A stretch of 63,466 bases of DNA, filler included, from Syncephalis fuscata S228 (Eukaryota > Fungi > Zoopagomycota), in assembly GCA_025786725.1 (NCBI GenBank). It is 6 parts of 6 records of this genome, joined end to end, with 100 filler letters (N's around TTAATTAATTAA, not from the genome) between each part and the next. Parts side by side here need not be neighbours in the genome. Positions count along the whole stretch, not along the records: positions 33,078 to 46,056 come from JAHLTZ010000253.1; positions 46,157 to 59,879 come from JAHLTZ010000242.1; 4 more parts are not named here. One strand, given 5' to 3'. Positions 38,488-51,621 of this stretch are shown here, in pieces. Position 1 is the stretch's first letter. The number at the start of each line of letters is the position of its first letter. The position numbers and the translations under genes are program-made. The notes beneath the pieces are model-generated. The model saw only the letters and a program-made list of their open reading frames with translations. It was not told where the DNA came from and did no database searches.

Positions 38488-39024
38488 ATGAAGATTTCTA
38501 TTGCCGTTGTTTGTGCCGTCACCATTGCTCTCATAGCTAGTGCCGCTATAGTCGATGCAAAGCCAACTCGACTTCGCCGTTCAGTTAAAGTGCGCAGAGC
38601 CCCTCAGGGAAATGTGCAACCCAATCATCGGACAGACAGTATGGGAAATCTTGTTGCCAACATTTTGAGTAATAGTGGTTCAGGAAAAATAGGCCAATCT
38701 TCTAATGCTAATAGCGACCAAAATAATTTTGACAATCAATATAGCAACTTAAAGGGTGCGACGGATGTGAATACAGAGGCAGTTGCAGGCAATCAAGAAG
38801 CAAATCTTGTCAAAAATCAAGGCTCCGCCGCAATAATGCAAGATGCGAATGGTAATCAAGATGCGGCCCAAGTTAAAAATACGTTTAGTGCAAACCAGGG
38901 AAATTCAAACGCGGTATTCGACGTTGACAATATGGATGCTGCGGCTAGAAACACCAGTAAAGAAAACAAAATAGCGCAATTTAAGGATAATAATGATGCC
39001 ACAAATACTTTTATCAACCAGTAA
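38488..39024 (+). CDS. Secreted N/Q/D/A-rich low-complexity protein, 178 aa
   Basis: Clear signal peptide, RR dibasic sites, repeats GNQEANLVKN / GNQDAAQVKN. Confidence 0.8.
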   Translation: MKISIAVVCAVTIALIASAAIVDAKPTRLRRSVKVRRAPQGNVQPNHRTDSMGNLVANILSNSGSGKIGQSSNANSDQNNFDNQYSNLKGATDVNTEAVAGNQEANLVKNQGSAAIMQDANGNQDAAQVKNTFSANQGNSNAVFDVDNMDAAARNTSKENKIAQFKDNNDATNTFINQ

Positions 39025-39764
39025 TTGATACCGGTACATATGGAACAACAAGATTTATTACAGAACTTGATTGCAAGATCATTATTCAATCAAGCCTTAT
39101 CCAGTTACTTAGCAATATAATAAACCATGTTCTTTAATCAATTCCATTTAGTTAAACTTTGAATCAGTTTTTTCCATTTATTGTTTATTGACAGTATTTC
39201 TAAATGTAAATAATTTTGCTTGATTATTCTTATTTAATTGAATAGTTTTATAGTAATAAACATTATGGCCTACTTAGTAGCTATAATGTCATTCAAAATA
39301 CAGTTTAATAACAAATCAATATTGTAATGAAGTTTATCCTGTTGTAGTTTGTATACTTGTAGCTTTTATAACTGCTCCAACCATGGCGGACGCTATACCA
39401 AGACGGCTTTGTTGTGCTGTTGTGGCATTTTCTACAAACGACATTCAGCACTAGGGGGCTTAATAAACTGAACTTTTTTAAGCTTGAGCATGCTAAGAGA
39501 GAACCTTTAATTACACTTTTAATAAAACTAAAAGTAAACACGCCAGAATAAGTGTAAAATAACTCGTTTAATAAGTGTTAGATTTTTATTAAAAACAAAA
39601 TCGATTAGCAATTGCTATTCAGTTCATTCATTCATTCTAGCCAATACTTTTAGTTAATTCAATTTTAAATCAATGAATTATTATATCACCAACAAGGCTA
39701 CAGCTATTTGTATCTATTAAACTATGCAAACTTTTAATAATAAACATATTTATTTATTTCATCT

Positions 39765-40375
39765 CTAAAAGTCCATGTCCATGCCACGACGAGTTCCTGT
39801 CATCGTATCGTATTCTCCCGGTGCCTCAAGTCTGGCTCGCGTTGCTTCATCCTATTATCCATAGTTATTATTGACAATCGTTAGTATTTAATGAATACAA
39901 TGCGCATCGATCAATAACAATCGCTTACCTTAAATCGCGCCTTCATCGTTCCCAGTGTATTTTGCAACTGATGAATAGCCTTGCGCATTGCATCGACTGG
40001 TGTATGATCATCATCTGTTTGAACCTTGATTTTTACGCGATATTCCAATGGATGCGCCACTTGGTAACCGGCAAACAAAACAGCTGGATCCTTCATCAAC
40101 TGTCTAGTAATCCCATTAAACAAATAAATAAGCGATAGCTATTGCAATTAGGCGTAACAACTTACATCTTCATAATATTACCTAGCGTATGAGTTTCTTT
40201 TTCAAGTACAAATGTTGCAGCATTGGGAATCTTTGTATCCAATTCCATACGCAATCTACATACCAACGCTACAGTTAGATTCCAATCTAAACAAGCAATT
40301 GGCTGCTAAAGCGTGGCCTTACTTTGGAATGTCATCTTGATCAGAAAAAAAGTTGAATCGCTCAGGCTGCGCCAT
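39765..40375 (-). CDS. RPB11: RNA polymerase II subunit RPB11, 4 exons
   Basis: MAQPERF, DTKIPNAATFVLEKETHTLGN, KDPAVLFAGYQVAHPLE. Confidence 0.93.
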
Positions 40376-40810
40376 AGTGATAAGAGTGATTACAATAACC
40401 GCGCTACGATAGGTAATAATAGTATATGTATATAGAGCGGAAAGAGTGCAAAACAATTATGACGCATATTTTGTGTGAGTATGAAAATACGCTTTGTTCT
40501 TTTCTTTCCAGTATTCAAGTCGCCATTTCCACTTTGCCAAAGGGCCGACGTTGACACACACACACACGTACTCTTACGTTGTGTCCGCGTAACGTGTTCC
40601 TCGTTCTTCTCCTTCCCCTCCTCTTGCTCTATGAATTACCAGTATTGAATTTCTTGATAAACTGTTTTACGTAAACAATAGTATTATTTATATGTTATAC
40701 AGTCGTTGACTTGTCGTCTGCTACAGTGTGTGACCGGTTTCTTATCAGTATTATTGTTGAATCCTTCTTCTTTTTCTTCTTCTTCTTCTTCCTTGTCTAT
40801 ATCAGTGGAT

Positions 40811-42766
40811 ATGTCAGTGCCGCCAGTGGTGGCCAAGGCTGAATTGGCGCACGGTTGGATTCTTGCTGCAGGTTTTTTTTCTACTTTAGCCACATTGATA
40901 TCTGTTGTAACTACTATTTTGCATTTAAGAAATTATCGTCGACCGGTAAGTCGGTTCTGTTGACAATTTAATATAGACCTTTAACCAATATATATATATA
41001 TATAATTATAACAACGTGCAATGAATAGAATGCACAACGCTTTGTTGTTCGTATTATAGGCATGTAAGTAACTCTATCTTTATGCTATCTGTAAAGCATT
41101 ATCAACGATACCATCATTATAACTGTATTCTAGGGTGCCTGTCTATGCCATTTCATCGTGGCTCAGTCTTGTATCGCTTAACGCTGCCTTTTACGTGGAT
41201 GCTATACGAGATATTTATGAGGTAAGTTTATTTTAATATAACTATATATATAGTTATAAATATATTAACAAACTATCAAGGCATTTGTTGTCTACTGCTT
41301 TTTCAATCTACTTGTTACATTCTTGGGCGGTGAACGAGAACTACTCTACAGGCTACATACACGATCACCAGTTGAATATATCTGGCCTGTTCGCCTTTGG
41401 GTAAAGGAAATGGATGTAAGTAGATCATTTTACTTGGCAAAATAGTGTTTATTAATAGCTGTATTAACTAGGCCGGCGATCCATACACATTTTTATCGAT
41501 CAAGGTAATTTACAGTGTATTACAATCGACCCATTTTTAACAATATTTAATAGAGAGGCATCCTTCAATTTGTTTATATCAAGCCTATATTGGCTGTATT
41601 AACTATGATTCTTAAACTGTTTGATACTTATGGGGATGGTGACTTGTCGTTGGATAGTGGATATTTCTGGATTACTGTAGTCTACAATGTGACCTTTTCC
41701 TGGTGTCTTTACTGTCTTAGCATGTTTTTTCTAGCAACACATCATGATTTGGAACCATTTCGGTATGTTGCACCACTATGACACTTTATAGATTGCTAAT
41801 TATACATACACAGTGCGGTACCAAAATTTCTTTGTATTAAAGCAATCATTTTTTTTTCATTCTGGCAAGGTGTGGGCATTTCACTTCTGGTAAAGATTGG
41901 TATTATTCATAATAGTAAGTAAACTATAGCTTTGCAAATATTAGTATTAACCACATCTATAGCCGAGCTATTTACCGCAGATAACATATCTGTGGCTATG
42001 CAAGACTTTCTGATATGTTTAGAAATGGTACCAGCTGCTATAGGCCACTGGTAAGTTGCTACTATACACTAACACTGATTAATATATTAAATATTAAATA
42101 TTAAATTAATATGGCAGGAATGCATTTTCTTATCGTGACTATATTGCATCCGATCTGGCGGGGCGCATGCCTATGTTCTACGCTCTTAGAGATGCGTTTG
42201 GCTATAAGGATGTGTGGCAAGATACAATAACTACTGTATCGGGCACTGAATTCAACTACCGCACCTTTGAGCCAGCCGATGGTGTTGCTGCTTCCTGGCA
42301 GAAACGGATCAATACCGGCCTTCGTTATAGCCATGGTGGTCGTGGCAAATACTGGATTGTTAACGAATACGATGACTCTATGCAAGGCCATCATCGTGCT
42401 GAAAGTAGCCAGCACACATCAAGTGCAATGCCGACATCGCAAGACTGGGAGGATCCAGAAGCAAGCGGCATGCTAGGCTTTCAAGAGGCCACCTGGGACG
42501 TGGAAGCAGAACAAACCTATGCCGAGGCCCGAGATATGATCTATGGCGATGTCAACTATCCAGTACTGACAATACGACCATCAAGACGCTTAATGAGCGC
42601 GGAAAGTGGCGGTCGCTATGGTATCAATACGAACGCGCCATCACGGACCATGCCACCACGATCAAAGTCTAAAGGCAAGCAACAACAGAAACGAAGAAAG
42701 CCACCACTAAGCACTATACCATCCGATGAATCCGTCCCATTGATTATTGATGATTCGTATGTATGA
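40811..42766 (+). CDS. TMEM184/OST-alpha family membrane protein (Hfl1-like)
   Basis: HLRNYRRP, VPVYAISSWLSL, RDIYEAFVVYCFF, GILQFVYIKP, PKFLCIKAIIFFSFWQG, QDFLICLEM. Confidence 0.9.
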
Positions 42767-43068
42767 CACAATAGCTTAGCACATTTTTATTATTATTATT
42801 ATTATTAAGCACATTAAAATAGTCATAAAAGCAGTTTATTGCCAGTGGGGAAAGGTGGGAAAATTACAAAAGACTTTACTGGTTACCTGTGTTTAATTTC
42901 CATAAACGTTTAATTGACACGCTTGTCGTCTCCACATCGATATCACTCACACGCACACGCACACGCCTTACCTTCTTTTCTCCGCCTTTCTTCTCATTTG
43001 CTGCGTATTTGTATACGTGCGTTACTCTGTGTGTATACTGACTGCTAGTGTTCTACAAGTACTTCAAA

Positions 43069-44995
43069 ATGACTATGGTTAATATGCTACGCGTTGGTCA
43101 AGTTCGTTCCCGTCTAAGCTCGTATGTATTGGTTCACAGCCATAGCAATAATAGCAATAATACACGCCTACTAATCAGTCTGGTTGCACTTCATTAGACG
43201 CTTGACCCGCACACTAGCTACGCAAGCCTCCAATACAACCAAGCTGCTTATTAACGGCGAGTGGACTGAGTCGCAAACCGATACTTGGTATGATGTCCAT
43301 AATCCAGCCACCCAAGAGCTAGTAACTCGTGTACCACAAGCAACACCGCAGGAGCTTAAAGAAGCTACCCATGCAGCCAGTTTGGCCTTTAAGCAATGGC
43401 GCAACAGCTCTGTACTCAGCCGTCAGCGTATTATGCTTGACTTGCAAAAGGCCATTCGAGATAATATGGTAATTATAATGTATTAATAATTAGTAAGCAA
43501 CTAATACAGGTATACTATTCATTTAGGATGAATAGCAAAGTCAATTACCACCGAACAAGGAAGACGTTTGGTGATGCGAAAGGAGATGTTTTACGTGGAT
43601 TACGTATGTCTAATAAATTTACTATCTAATATTACAGTTCTAACAGTAGTATTTACAGAGGTGGTCGAATCAGCCTGTGCCATTACCGATCAATTGAAAG
43701 GTGAACAAATGGCAGTGGCAACCGATATGGACACGTATACTATTCGTGAACCACTAGGCGTGACAGCTGGTATTACACCGTAAGTATTTGAACATCTATA
43801 TGTATATACTACAAAACTAACCTATATAATGATAGATTTAACTTCCCGGCTATGATTCCATTGTGGATGTTCCCCTTGTCGATTGCTTGCGGTAATACAA
43901 TGGTGCTTAAGCCTAGTGAACGTGATCCAGGTGCCACAGCTATCTTGGCAGACTTGGCCGTTCAGTGTGGTGTACCTAAAGGTGTACTGAACATTGTACA
44001 TGGCGGCAAACCAACCGTTGATTTCTTATGTGATGATCCAGCCATTCGAGCCATTAGCTTTGTGGGTAGCGACCGTGTCGGCAAGTATATCCACGATCGC
44101 GGCACACAGAACGGCAAGCGAGTTCAGGCCAACTTGGGTGCAAAGAACCATGGTGTCATTTTACCAGATGCCAATAAGGAAGCTACACTTAATCAGCTAG
44201 TGGGTGCAGCATTTGGCGCAGCTGGCCAACGCTGCATGGCATTGTCGACGGTCATTTTTGTCGGCGATAGCAAAAACTGGCTACCTGAATTAGTCGAAAA
44301 GGCTAAAAACCTTAAAGTGTCAGGTGGTTTTGATCCAAATGCCGATCTTGGACCGCTAATTACACCCGAGGCCAAGTCGCGTGTTGAATCAATCATTGCT
44401 TCAAGCACAGAAGAAGGTGCAGAAGTCCTGTTGGATGGTCGATCGATCAAAATGCCAGCACCATACGACAAAGGCAATTTTGTAGGACCAACTATCATTA
44501 CCGGTGTTAAGGAGAATATGCGCTGCTATCGCGAAGAAATCTTTGGTCCAGTGTTAGTATGTGTCAGCGTCGATACACTTGATGAAGCGCTAGATCTTAT
44601 TAATCGCAACGAATACGGCAACGGCACTGCCATCTTCACTACCAACGGTGCTGCTGCACGCAAGTTCCAAATGCAAGTCGATGTAGGCCAGGTTGGCGTT
44701 AATGTACCTATTGTAAGTAGATAGATGCACAATATGCATACTATTACTAACAAGATGAATAGCCGGTACCATTGCCAATGTTCTCCTTTACCGGCTCACG
44801 TGGCTCCATTAGAGGCGATATTAACTTTTATGGTCGCAGGTAAGCTATAGTATGATTCGATTAAATCGACCATAGCACTAACACGTATTCTATAGTGGTA
44901 TTCAGTTCTATACACAACTGAAAACAGTGACTGCATTGTGGCGTCATGAAGATGTCCCTGAAAAGAGCTATGTAAACATGCCAGTATTGCATTAA
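43069..44995 (+). CDS. ALDH6A1: Methylmalonate-semialdehyde dehydrogenase (ALDH6A1-like)
   Basis: [65 protein letters not shown]; two A deletions near 43530-43562. Confidence 0.95.
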
Positions 44996-45608
44996 TAAAC
45001 ATAAGTGTTGTTACAGCTCATTAATTAAATTGCAGTACAAATAATACTTGGAAATGAACACAAAATAGATGCAATAAGTGTAGATTATATACAGTTTAAA
45101 TCACTGCTTTATAGTTTATTTGTTTTACTGATGCTTAAGCAACTGTGTATTTAATAAAAGTAATAACTAGCTAGTGTATTTGTTTTTGTGTTAATATGTC
45201 ACTATAACTTAAAACTTACAGTATATATGTTAGCATGGTAATAAACACTGTATATTTTACATTACTCGTATTTGAGTACACTGTTTGCACTATCTTTCAC
45301 CCAAGCTAATAATGGTATAAACTAGTTTATTAGTAGCAATAAACAGCCGAATTTATCAAACAATACAGCTATGATAGTTTGATAGCCAGTGTGCCATGTA
45401 ACAAAGACATAATGTGTGATGATAGTAATCACTAATTATAAATGATAATAAGCAGTGCCATTATTATTACACTAATACAACAAATAATTAATAAACTACC
45501 ATATTTGCATATCATATATCTATGTATACGCAAGCCTTACGCGACCAAAAAAAACAGCGCTTGTTTACGCAGCACAAAAATATACAAAAACGCAGCAAAA
45601 CGTTAGAG

Positions 45609-45677
45609 TACCCCAACCGGGATCGAACCCGGACCTTTCGCTTAGAAGGCGAATGCCATATCCATTAGGTATTGGGC
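45609..45677 (-). tRNA. tRNA-Arg(TCT), apparently missing ~3 single bases
   Basis: Anticodon arm TTCGC-CTTCTAA-GCGAA, B box GGTTCGATCC, TGG D-loop, downstream T runs; acceptor, D and T stems each one base short. Confidence 0.75.
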
Positions 45678-46156
45678 AAAAGTGGTTAAAATATTTCCCT
45701 TCTGGAAAACGCAAATACATATATATTCCATAAATCACGTGACGTACAAATAAAACAGCTAATGTACTTTGATATTCTACGATATATTCCATATGTATTG
45801 ATTTATTTACTTATAAAAATGCCAGCTTTTATATTCACTAAGCGCATAATAAATACTTGTAAACAATAAAATACTATTGGCAAGTGTTATTTTAAATAAT
45901 TAATTAACTTTTAATTATTTATCAATAAACTAATTATTAGTTTACTTTGCCATATATTGACATGTATGCTAAAGTTATATGGCGTGCACTCATTGTAATG
46001 ATAGATACTTATATAAAGTATTATAGATGTTATGACCAGTCGGTAGGTCGTGGTGGNNNNNNNNNNNNNNNNNNNNNNNNNNNNNNNNNNNNNNNNNNNN
46101 TTAATTAATTAANNNNNNNNNNNNNNNNNNNNNNNNNNNNNNNNNNNNNNNNNNNN

Positions 46157-47262
46157 TTTACTTCATTTGCTGCTTCATTGAAACCACACGCAACAGTTTT
46201 TACAACAAGTACACGATCGTCATCCAGTCTTTCTACAGGGCAACAAAGATCAAACGAGTATGTAATGATAAATTTGCCTTGTGTCAAACATTGAGGATTG
46301 TCTTCTAGCTGGCAAACAGAAAATTGCCATACACTCCAATAGACAGTTTGAAAAGTATCAATTGCATCTGTATACGCATAAAATACAGTAGCGGTGTCTT
46401 CAGTGGCTTGTTGTACAAATGATGTCCCTTTGATGTTCTGTATATTTCCCAGACATATTTGCCGAGTAGCCATATCAAATACGCGAGTTGTCGATAGTGG
46501 CGGTAATTTGGTATTTATATTTTTTTCAATATAATTAAATAACAACCAGCGGCCGCGAATAGATATTCCTCTATTGGATAAATAAGGAACAGAGTATGGC
46601 TGTATCGTTGATACTCGATGTATTGGCCAGATAAGAACACTGCATGATGTTCCATAAATATTGATGTATTCATTTGTTTTTTTAAAAACAGCTACGACAA
46701 ATTTGTCTGATACTAAAAACTGCTCCACATTGACTGTTGGATCAAATCCGTCACAGCATACTTTGCGTAGTCGCCAGAATTGTTGGTGTTTTGGTTTCCC
46801 TATTGGTTGGCATTGCTCAATAATACCACATTCTCCCAATATACGACTATTATTGCTTATACGCTGCAATACTATAACCTGATCACTGTCCGATGTATCC
46901 TCGACTATGTCATATATTGGATATGGCCTGTCTCGTAGCCAGTTGGCACTGGTGGCACGTCGATGGCAGAATGCACGGAACCAGTTGATATCATGGTCAT
47001 TCAGCTGGGTGACATCAATCGCCGTGTTGCTTGTTGCTGCCAGTGCGCCAGACACTCGCAGTGTGCGTACGTACCACGACAGCCACTGTACTTCGTCGTC
47101 GTCTTTAAACGTGTAGTGCTGTATATATCGCTGTCGCCATACACGCTGCTGTATACCAACACACTGCCACAGCCACTGAGAGCACGACGCAAACAGCACC
47201 AGCGACTTGTCGTCGGCAAACACCGCAAGTCGCTCAACAACAGGTACAGGGATATGCTGCAT
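46157..47262 (-). CDS. Intronless F-box-like protein, 3' truncated
   Basis: MQHIPVPVVERLAVF...LFASCSQWLWQ...VWRQRY; NWFRAFCHRRATSANW similar to the 13879-15477 protein. Confidence 0.7.
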
Positions 47263-47579
47263 ACTAAATGACTAAATAGAACAAAGAACAAACAGCAATC
47301 AATGTGACCTATGCCGCGTATATATGGGTGCTGTCGTGTAACAACATGTGTGCTCGTAACCAATCATACTAATAAAATGATTTATGTACTACAATGATAA
47401 TTGCAAAGTTTAGCTATTTAAATTATGAATATTTTATATATAAACAGCTTGCTTTATTATGCATAGTTATTTAACCAAATAATAGATAACAATTACAACA
47501 CTCATCCTAATATTGTTTGAAAACATGTTTTATTTAACTACAATTTATCTAATTATTAACTTTTTCGTAAAGTAATAGT

Positions 47580-48600
47580 TTATACGGCATGGAACAAATC
47601 TTCAAGATTTCTTTAAATTTTCTAATATCTCTCTTCATCAGCATCATTTGGATATAAAAGTTTGTAATAATTTTTTTTAAAACTGTTGTTCAGTGATGGA
47701 AGCATATGTTTTTCTATTTCATTTATCCAACGGGGCGATTCCTTGATATATGTGTTTACAAATCCTTTAATTAACACGACCTTGTGCATTAATGCATATT
47801 TTATCTAATAAAAATAAGTACTATGTTGAGTTAGTTGCTTATTTAACTTACCTGTCATAACCACGCTGTAAGTTAGTCCAATACTTTGCAAGTAGCGTAA
47901 ACCTACATTAATGCTAGTTAGCTTTTTGGTACAGCATCAAAATACATACCAGCTGCAGTTTGTCTTATAACAAGTTTTGACAAGGCTTTTTTATTTGGCA
48001 CTCTTCCGAGAAATATTTTCTTTAAAAACTTTATCAAATGTCTTATCACAGCGATCCAAAGTGACATAGCAGGTGTGGTCTCTTACGGAAAAGTGCATAA
48101 TCGGCTCAGCAACGTATGCTTTTCCTGATGTAACTGGTGTTCTTGAAGAAGAGGAAGTAGCTAAATTTGTCGAAGAAGATTGATGATCTATAAAATGCTT
48201 TTATTAAAACTGGTTAGCTAACTCATACTAATTACTGTAAAGCTTGTACCTTATACACTTTAATAGTGTTATATTGCTAATGTGCATCGTCATTTTCACA
48301 CGTAACCAGAACATCTTTATTTTTGTATGATCCTTTCCGTAATGGATTCCATCGCCAAGTTTCAATAAATCAAAGATTTTGATATTACGCTAAACAAACG
48401 GACTTTCGTCGTTTACCGGATAATCAAGGAATGGGATTTCGGCTATTTAGTGTTAATAAATCGTTGTAGGTATATATTTAAATAAAACTTGCGAGGACTA
48501 CTTCTATCTATGTGGCCAGTCAATGCAACAACATCTTGAGCAGCTGAATGCAGCATTATTGCAATAGTAGCAAAAGTAGAAATAATTTGAAGTCCAAACA
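47580..48600 (-). pseudogene. Decayed paralog of the secreted pseudokinase at 818-2108
   Basis: Same exon layout and motifs (GSYKNKDVLVTC, IKVYK, YVAEPIMHF, HTCYV, GLRYLQSIGLTY, ICIN); multiple TAG/TAA stops, frameshifts, no clear ATG before the signal-like segment. Confidence 0.7.
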
Positions 48601-49192
48601 CTGCTATGGAATAATATAATCGTCCAATAAAAGCTTAATCTAAGTTTGTATTTATGAAAAGCAAGAGAAGTGTAGGGAGCATAGAAAAAACAATTTAGAG
48701 ACCATCGAACTTTATAGCAAAAGCTATGATGCGTGATATTTTTTATTTTACTAAATAGTATAGTGCTGTCATGCTAGAAGATTTGCAAAGAAAATTACAG
48801 TACATGGTACTCACGTTTGATATACTTAATAAGTAGCTGTGTTTATTTTCAAATGGCTAAATAAACAAAATAAATATCAACTGAGAATTTGATCAAAAAT
48901 AGTAGGAAAAAACTACATTATGCTATTTGCATTTATTTAATTCCAGAATTGGCATTACTATATATAATAGAAGCAATTTACGTTTTCCGTGGCAACTACT
49001 TAGATTAGCAATACATCATTTATTTTTTTCTAATCTCATTGTCATCCGATTTTCAATAAATTTGTATATATTTATAGAATCTTTGTTAAGTTCAGTATCA
49101 ATCTAGTAAATTGGAATAACATTAGACCAATAAGCATTGTAACCAAATAGATATAAAGATTTATCCAACAATCAAACAACATTTAAACCATA

Positions 49193-50896
49193 CTAAATTA
49201 AAGAGTCCCATCCTTGCATAGTTGATGGAAAACTAGTATTTCCAGTATTCGAAGTAGCTACACCCGTATTTCCTAATTGTCCGGTCATTTGTCCTAATGA
49301 TGCCTGAGGCTTTTGCTGTGCCAACGATGCCAATGAAGGACCAGTTGAAGTAGTCTTTTTTGTAGTTGCACCAAGCGAATCAAGTGACACAAGTGTTGAA
49401 TTGGGCGACCAAAGATCGTCCAGACTTAAACCGCCTCCGCTCTTTTTCAACGTCTTATCATCCATTAATAAACGTTGTGCTATTTACTTACTTGATCTAC
49501 CTACCTCTTGGCTTGATGGAGGATTGCTTGCTGTAAATGGTGTGGAGACCATTGGACTTATACTGCTTGTATTGCCAATGCTTAAATTGCCAAAATCCGA
49601 TAATAGCGGTGCTGCATTATTACTACTGGTAGTGGGTGCAATAGATGCAAATGGATCAAACGAACCAAATACATCATTATCATTATTGTTATTATTACCA
49701 AAAGTATTTGGTGTAGCAGTTTGAAAGTCCGTAAATTCATCTATCATATACAATCTAGTTCGTAAATATTATAATTTGACACAATGAACTTACCATCATC
49801 AGCACCAGCACTAGATTGGAAATTGCCCCAATCATCATCGTCACCATTCTGGTTATTAACGACCAAGTTAGTAGCAGTAGTCGTCGTTGTCGTGGGTGTT
49901 GGTTCAGCATCAAAATCAAGTAGCAAATCTATACCTGCTCCATTAGAAGGAGCACTAGATGTGTTTGCTTTTGTCTCTTTTTGTTTATCCACTGTAGTTT
50001 TTTTACTAGGTGAGTTCTTAGCTGCACGAGCCGTTGCTGCTGCTCCGGCTGCTACTGCTGCTGCCGATGGTGTTGATGTACTAGCAGTATCACTTGAATC
50101 ACGTTGTCCATCACGCGATGCAAAATATGATTCACTACTAAAACCTTGATAACGTGAACTGGAACTACTGGCCATCCCACCACTAGAGAATGACGATGAG
50201 GATACACCGCGGTATTTGGCCCGATTGGCCTTTGCTTTGGTTCGTTCATCACGAATCATATCTTCATCCATAAGCAATTTTACCAATTCTTTGGCCCGAT
50301 TACGCACTAAAACACAACTAATAAGTCATTATTCATATTAATTACCGTTTACTTACCATTAATACCCTGATCTTTGCCATCATCATCAATATAATTAAAG
50401 CTACGCATAGATTTCAACAGCGATAATCGACCCCGACAGTCATCAATGACCCGTTCGGCACCATTTTTAACCAGAAATTCAATCAAAACTAAACTCTGTA
50501 GCCATACAAGTTATAATGGCAACTTTTATATAAATGTGCTTCATTACCTTATAGATTTGCCGCCATTCATGTGGCTCCTTTTCTCGAAAGCGTCTATAAA
50601 TAAACGGCATAACTTCGTTAAACTGCTGACTGTTTTCGTATTAGTAGCATTTCTTAGCAATACATATTAACCTACTAATTGTAAGTGCCTTGGGCAATCT
50701 CTTGCATCAATGTACTAGATGCGCCCCACGGGTCGTTGTTGGTTGCCTCGCGAACCTTGGCCTCCATCTCAGTCAGGTTAAGCACGGCATTCTTACTGGA
50801 TAGCCGATGACGGCAGCAGTTAGAAGATAGCTATGGTGTAGATAGAAGACCAACTTACACCTTGTTGAACATATCCTTTACCTCCCAAAGCGACAT
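49193..50896 (-). CDS. ENT3: ENTH-domain epsin-related protein (Ent3/EpsinR)
   Basis: KVREATNNDPWGASSTLMQEIA, WRQIYK, GKDQGINVRNRAKEL, DLLLDF and DWGNFQS adaptor-binding motifs. Confidence 0.9.
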
Positions 50897-51621
50897 GGTG
50901 AATTAAGCGCTGGTAAACTTGCCAATAAGAAGTAGACGGCAAATAAGATGTAAAGCAAAGTACCAAATATATATAAATGGTAGATTGGTAAACAAAGGCT
51001 ATAACCAAAGAAATAGCAGTGAAAGAGTTACGCGTCGGTGATATCAAGGGATTGTTAATTCAGATAATGCCTGTCTATATTTGTTAGTTTGACTTCATAC
51101 TACACTCCTTTTATGGGGAATTCACTTTTATTGTATTAATATACAGCTTCTACTAATCAAAAGATATTAATAAAAGTTGTTTATTATTAACTGTATTTAT
51201 TGTATCATTATATCATTATATCACTATATTATCCTTTTAATTAGTATATATATATTTAATAAAAACAAATAAAATAATACTCTTATTAAAGACCATTATA
51301 TTAATATTAATAATAAAGATAATGATGACGATTATTACACTTGTCTCTACCCAATTCACAAAACACTGCCATGCCATAACCGTATCTACTTTGGTTCCAT
51401 CTCGTATTTCTCCTGGATACTTCTACTGTCAACCGTCTCACTATCCGTACTCTACTACATCCGACCTTCTTCTTTCTTTAACAACATCATTTCTCTTTAT
51501 AACTAGGCGTCAATTGTTTATTTTGTATTAGTTGTGGTGAATTCACGTTCAACGGCCATTATAGCGTCCGTGTAGTTGTTATTAGTGCGACAGTGACCTA
51601 TTCGTGTCTAGCACGGTTAGA

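Noticed and set aside
50874-50880. ATATCCTTT-like string near the ENT3 start as another U12 donor
   Set aside because: It lies antisense within the ENT3 coding exon (VKDMF), so no intron is needed
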